DNA of 47,377 nucleotides from a virus: UHGV virus genome UHGV-0210496; one strand, 5' to 3'. Shown piece by piece: positions 45,854 to 47,377 of this stretch (position 1 is its first letter; each line of letters starts with the position of its first letter). The notes under the pieces were generated by a model. It saw only the letters and a program-made list of their open reading frames with translations, ran no database searches and was not told where the DNA came from. The position numbers and the translations under genes were made by a program.

Positions 45854-46738
45854 ATGATTGAACTAATACCAACAGTAGTTACTTCGTTTGCAACCGCAAT
45901 GTCTACCAATGCTTTTAAAGGTGCTAAAGGACCGGCTCAAGCGTTGGATGACATTATGTCTCTTGTTGGTTTCGAAAAACTTCATTTATATGCAGAAAAG
46001 AAACGCGCTAAAAATGAAATATACCTTAAAGATTACAAAGAGAAAATCGCTCAAGAACTTGTGATAATTCCTGAAGAAAGTATTCAAGAACCTCCGTTAT
46101 CAATAGTAGGACCAGCTCTAGAAGCTTCAAAATATTATATTGAAGAGGAAGAATTGAGAACTATGTTTGCTAAATTGATTGCTTCATCCATGGATAAGAG
46201 CAAACAAAAATACATTCATCCTTCTTTTGTTGAAATCATAAAGCAGTTATCTTCAGAAGACGCTGTTTTTTTTAAAGAATTTCAAACTTACACACGTTTG
46301 CCTTATGGAAAAATAACTGCAGTTGAAGATAAAAAAAGTACTTCTGACTTTACTAAAAAGATAGAAAAGAAAGGAAAGAAGACATTTTTTGAGTTACCAC
46401 AGCTCCCATCTTGGGAAGATTTTGAAAAAGAGTATGCAACTAAATCCTTCCCATTTATTGATTTTTTCTATTACTCTAAAAATAGAAAAGAGTACCTCCA
46501 GAACGAATTCAGTATCTCTTCTATTAATAGATTAGGCTTGATAATAATTTCTCAAGGTGCTAAATTAACAAATCCATTAGTATATGAAGAGATCGAAACA
46601 GAATTTACTCTCATGAAGAAACAATTAGAAAAAGATCCTTCAAAAACAAATCTGCCTCGTGACTGTCATTTAATACTCGAAAAGGGCGTAATAGACTTAT
46701 CTCCTTTTGGTATTTCATTTTTTAACACTTGTATCTAA
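45854..46738 (+). CDS. Abi-alpha (DUF4393)-like protein; opposite-strand AT-rich moron
   Basis: It starts 58 nt beyond the primase start and diverges from it. The N-terminal ...FKGAKGPAQALDDIMSLVG... resembles the DUF4393 N-terminal motif (from memory). Low GC. Confidence 0.5.
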   Translation: MIELIPTVVTSFATAMSTNAFKGAKGPAQALDDIMSLVGFEKLHLYAEKKRAKNEIYLKDYKEKIAQELVIIPEESIQEPPLSIVGPALEASKYYIEEEELRTMFAKLIASSMDKSKQKYIHPSFVEIIKQLSSEDAVFFKEFQTYTRLPYGKITAVEDKKSTSDFTKKIEKKGKKTFFELPQLPSWEDFEKEYATKSFPFIDFFYYSKNRKEYLQNEFSISSINRLGLIIISQGAKLTNPLVYEEIETEFTLMKKQLEKDPSKTNLPRDCHLILEKGVIDLSPFGISFFNTCI

Positions 46739-47092
46739 CTCCTTTTTTATAAACGATAATTCTTTCTCAAAAAAATGTTCTAGCCATTTCTCCATCATCT
46801 TCATATGAAACCTGATCATTATTGATGTTGTAACAAAAGAAACAAGAAAAGAAATAAGTATAATTTTTACCAATTGAATCCCTCTATTCAGTAGTATATT
46901 TGTTCGATTCTTTAACTAGGCATTGTTTTCAGATTGTTAACTAAAGAAAATAATCAGATTTTTTTAACTATAGAAAGTCCAAATTCTAAAACTTCTATAA
47001 TATCGCTATTTATGTTGCCGGATTTTTCTTGGAGAGAATTTTCCGGCTCTCTTAAATCTAATTTGCTTTCCACATGCCTGTTCCTTTCAAAA

Positions 47093-47188
47093 TTATTTTC
47101 CCTCTTTTTCATCCATTTTTTTACCAATGATCACTGAAATGACCATAATCGCAACGAACAACGAAAATCCTAATACTGCATAAGCCAT
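47093..47188 (-). CDS. 31-aa single-TM peptide (MAYAVLGFSLFVAIMVISVIIGKKMDEKEGK)
   Basis: GGGGGTGA SD 2 nt before the ATG. The start overlaps the upstream ORF stop (TGACCATG). Confidence 0.3.
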   Translation of the reverse strand: MAYAVLGFSLFVAIMVISVIIGKKMDEKEGK

Positions 47189-47190
47189 GG

Positions 47191-47377
47191 TCACCCCCCG
47201 CTTTCTATAGCTTTACGAACAATCGCATCTCGATACAACATTTTATATTTTAGTTTTTCATGCTGCAGTTGCTCTTCAAGCTGATTAATTTTATTCCTCT
47301 GGTCCACAATTGTAATAGTTAGACAACATAGTGTCAGAACAGATAAGATCGTTATGACGATTGTTTGTTTATGATTC
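47191..47377 (-). CDS. Partial membrane/coiled-coil protein continuing beyond the window end
   Basis: Open minus-strand frame ...IVITILSVLTLCCLTITIVDQRNKINQLEEQLQHEKLKYKMLYRDAIVRKAIESGG*. Confidence 0.3.
   Translation of the reverse strand, partial: NHKQTIVITILSVLTLCCLTITIVDQRNKINQLEEQLQHEKLKYKMLYRDAIVRKAIESGG

Noticed and set aside
46739-47092. Short minus-strand and plus-strand ORFs (for example 46934..47137, 67 aa) in the AT-rich spacer after the Abi-alpha-like gene
   Set aside because: No RBS, low complexity, and overlap with the better-supported minus-strand peptide. Treated as noncoding.

Overview
The window looks like a near-complete temperate siphovirus genome or prophage from a low-GC Gram-positive host. 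Host assignment rests on GGAGG-type ribosome-binding sites, extended -10 promoters and Firmicutes-type phage protein families. Positions 9289-12410 hold the lysogeny switch. A Cro-like gene on the minus strand faces a cI-like repressor, an ImmA metalloprotease and a tyrosine integrase on the plus strand. An attP-like arm-repeat region follows the integrase. From cro leftward to position 1 runs an early replication and recombination operon. It contains HTH proteins, an SMC-like ATPase, a Sak4-like AAA_24 ATPase, a DUF669 SSB-like protein, an SF2 helicase and a partial Zn-ribbon protein. On the minus strand from 45796 down to 17636 there is a continuous late array in canonical order. It runs from Prim-Pol/helicase through RusA, ArpU, TerS, TerL, portal, MuF and scaffold to major capsid, connectors, major tail, chaperones, a 1631-aa tape measure, a 1315-aa tail fibre, holin and amidase endolysin. 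If the right end of the window joined the left end, the order would be canonical, so the sequence is probably in phage (attP) form or circularly permuted. Between the endolysin and the integrase lies an AT-rich cargo island. It carries a CAU-anticodon tRNA that looks like tRNA-Ile2, a two-gene operon with no recognisable function (345-aa cytoplasmic protein plus a 486-aa C-terminal multi-TM protein), a lipoprotein and small genes. Several further insertions look like defence or conflict cargo. These are a DUF4145 gene on the opposite strand with its own promoter, an AT-rich island in the head module that includes a 356-aa membrane-anchored protein, a MuF-associated candidate toxin/immunity pair reachable through a +1 frame at an A7 run, a SLOG/nucleoside-2-deoxyribosyltransferase-like gene next to terS, and an Abi-alpha/DUF4393-like gene upstream of the primase. 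No CRISPR array or rRNA was seen.
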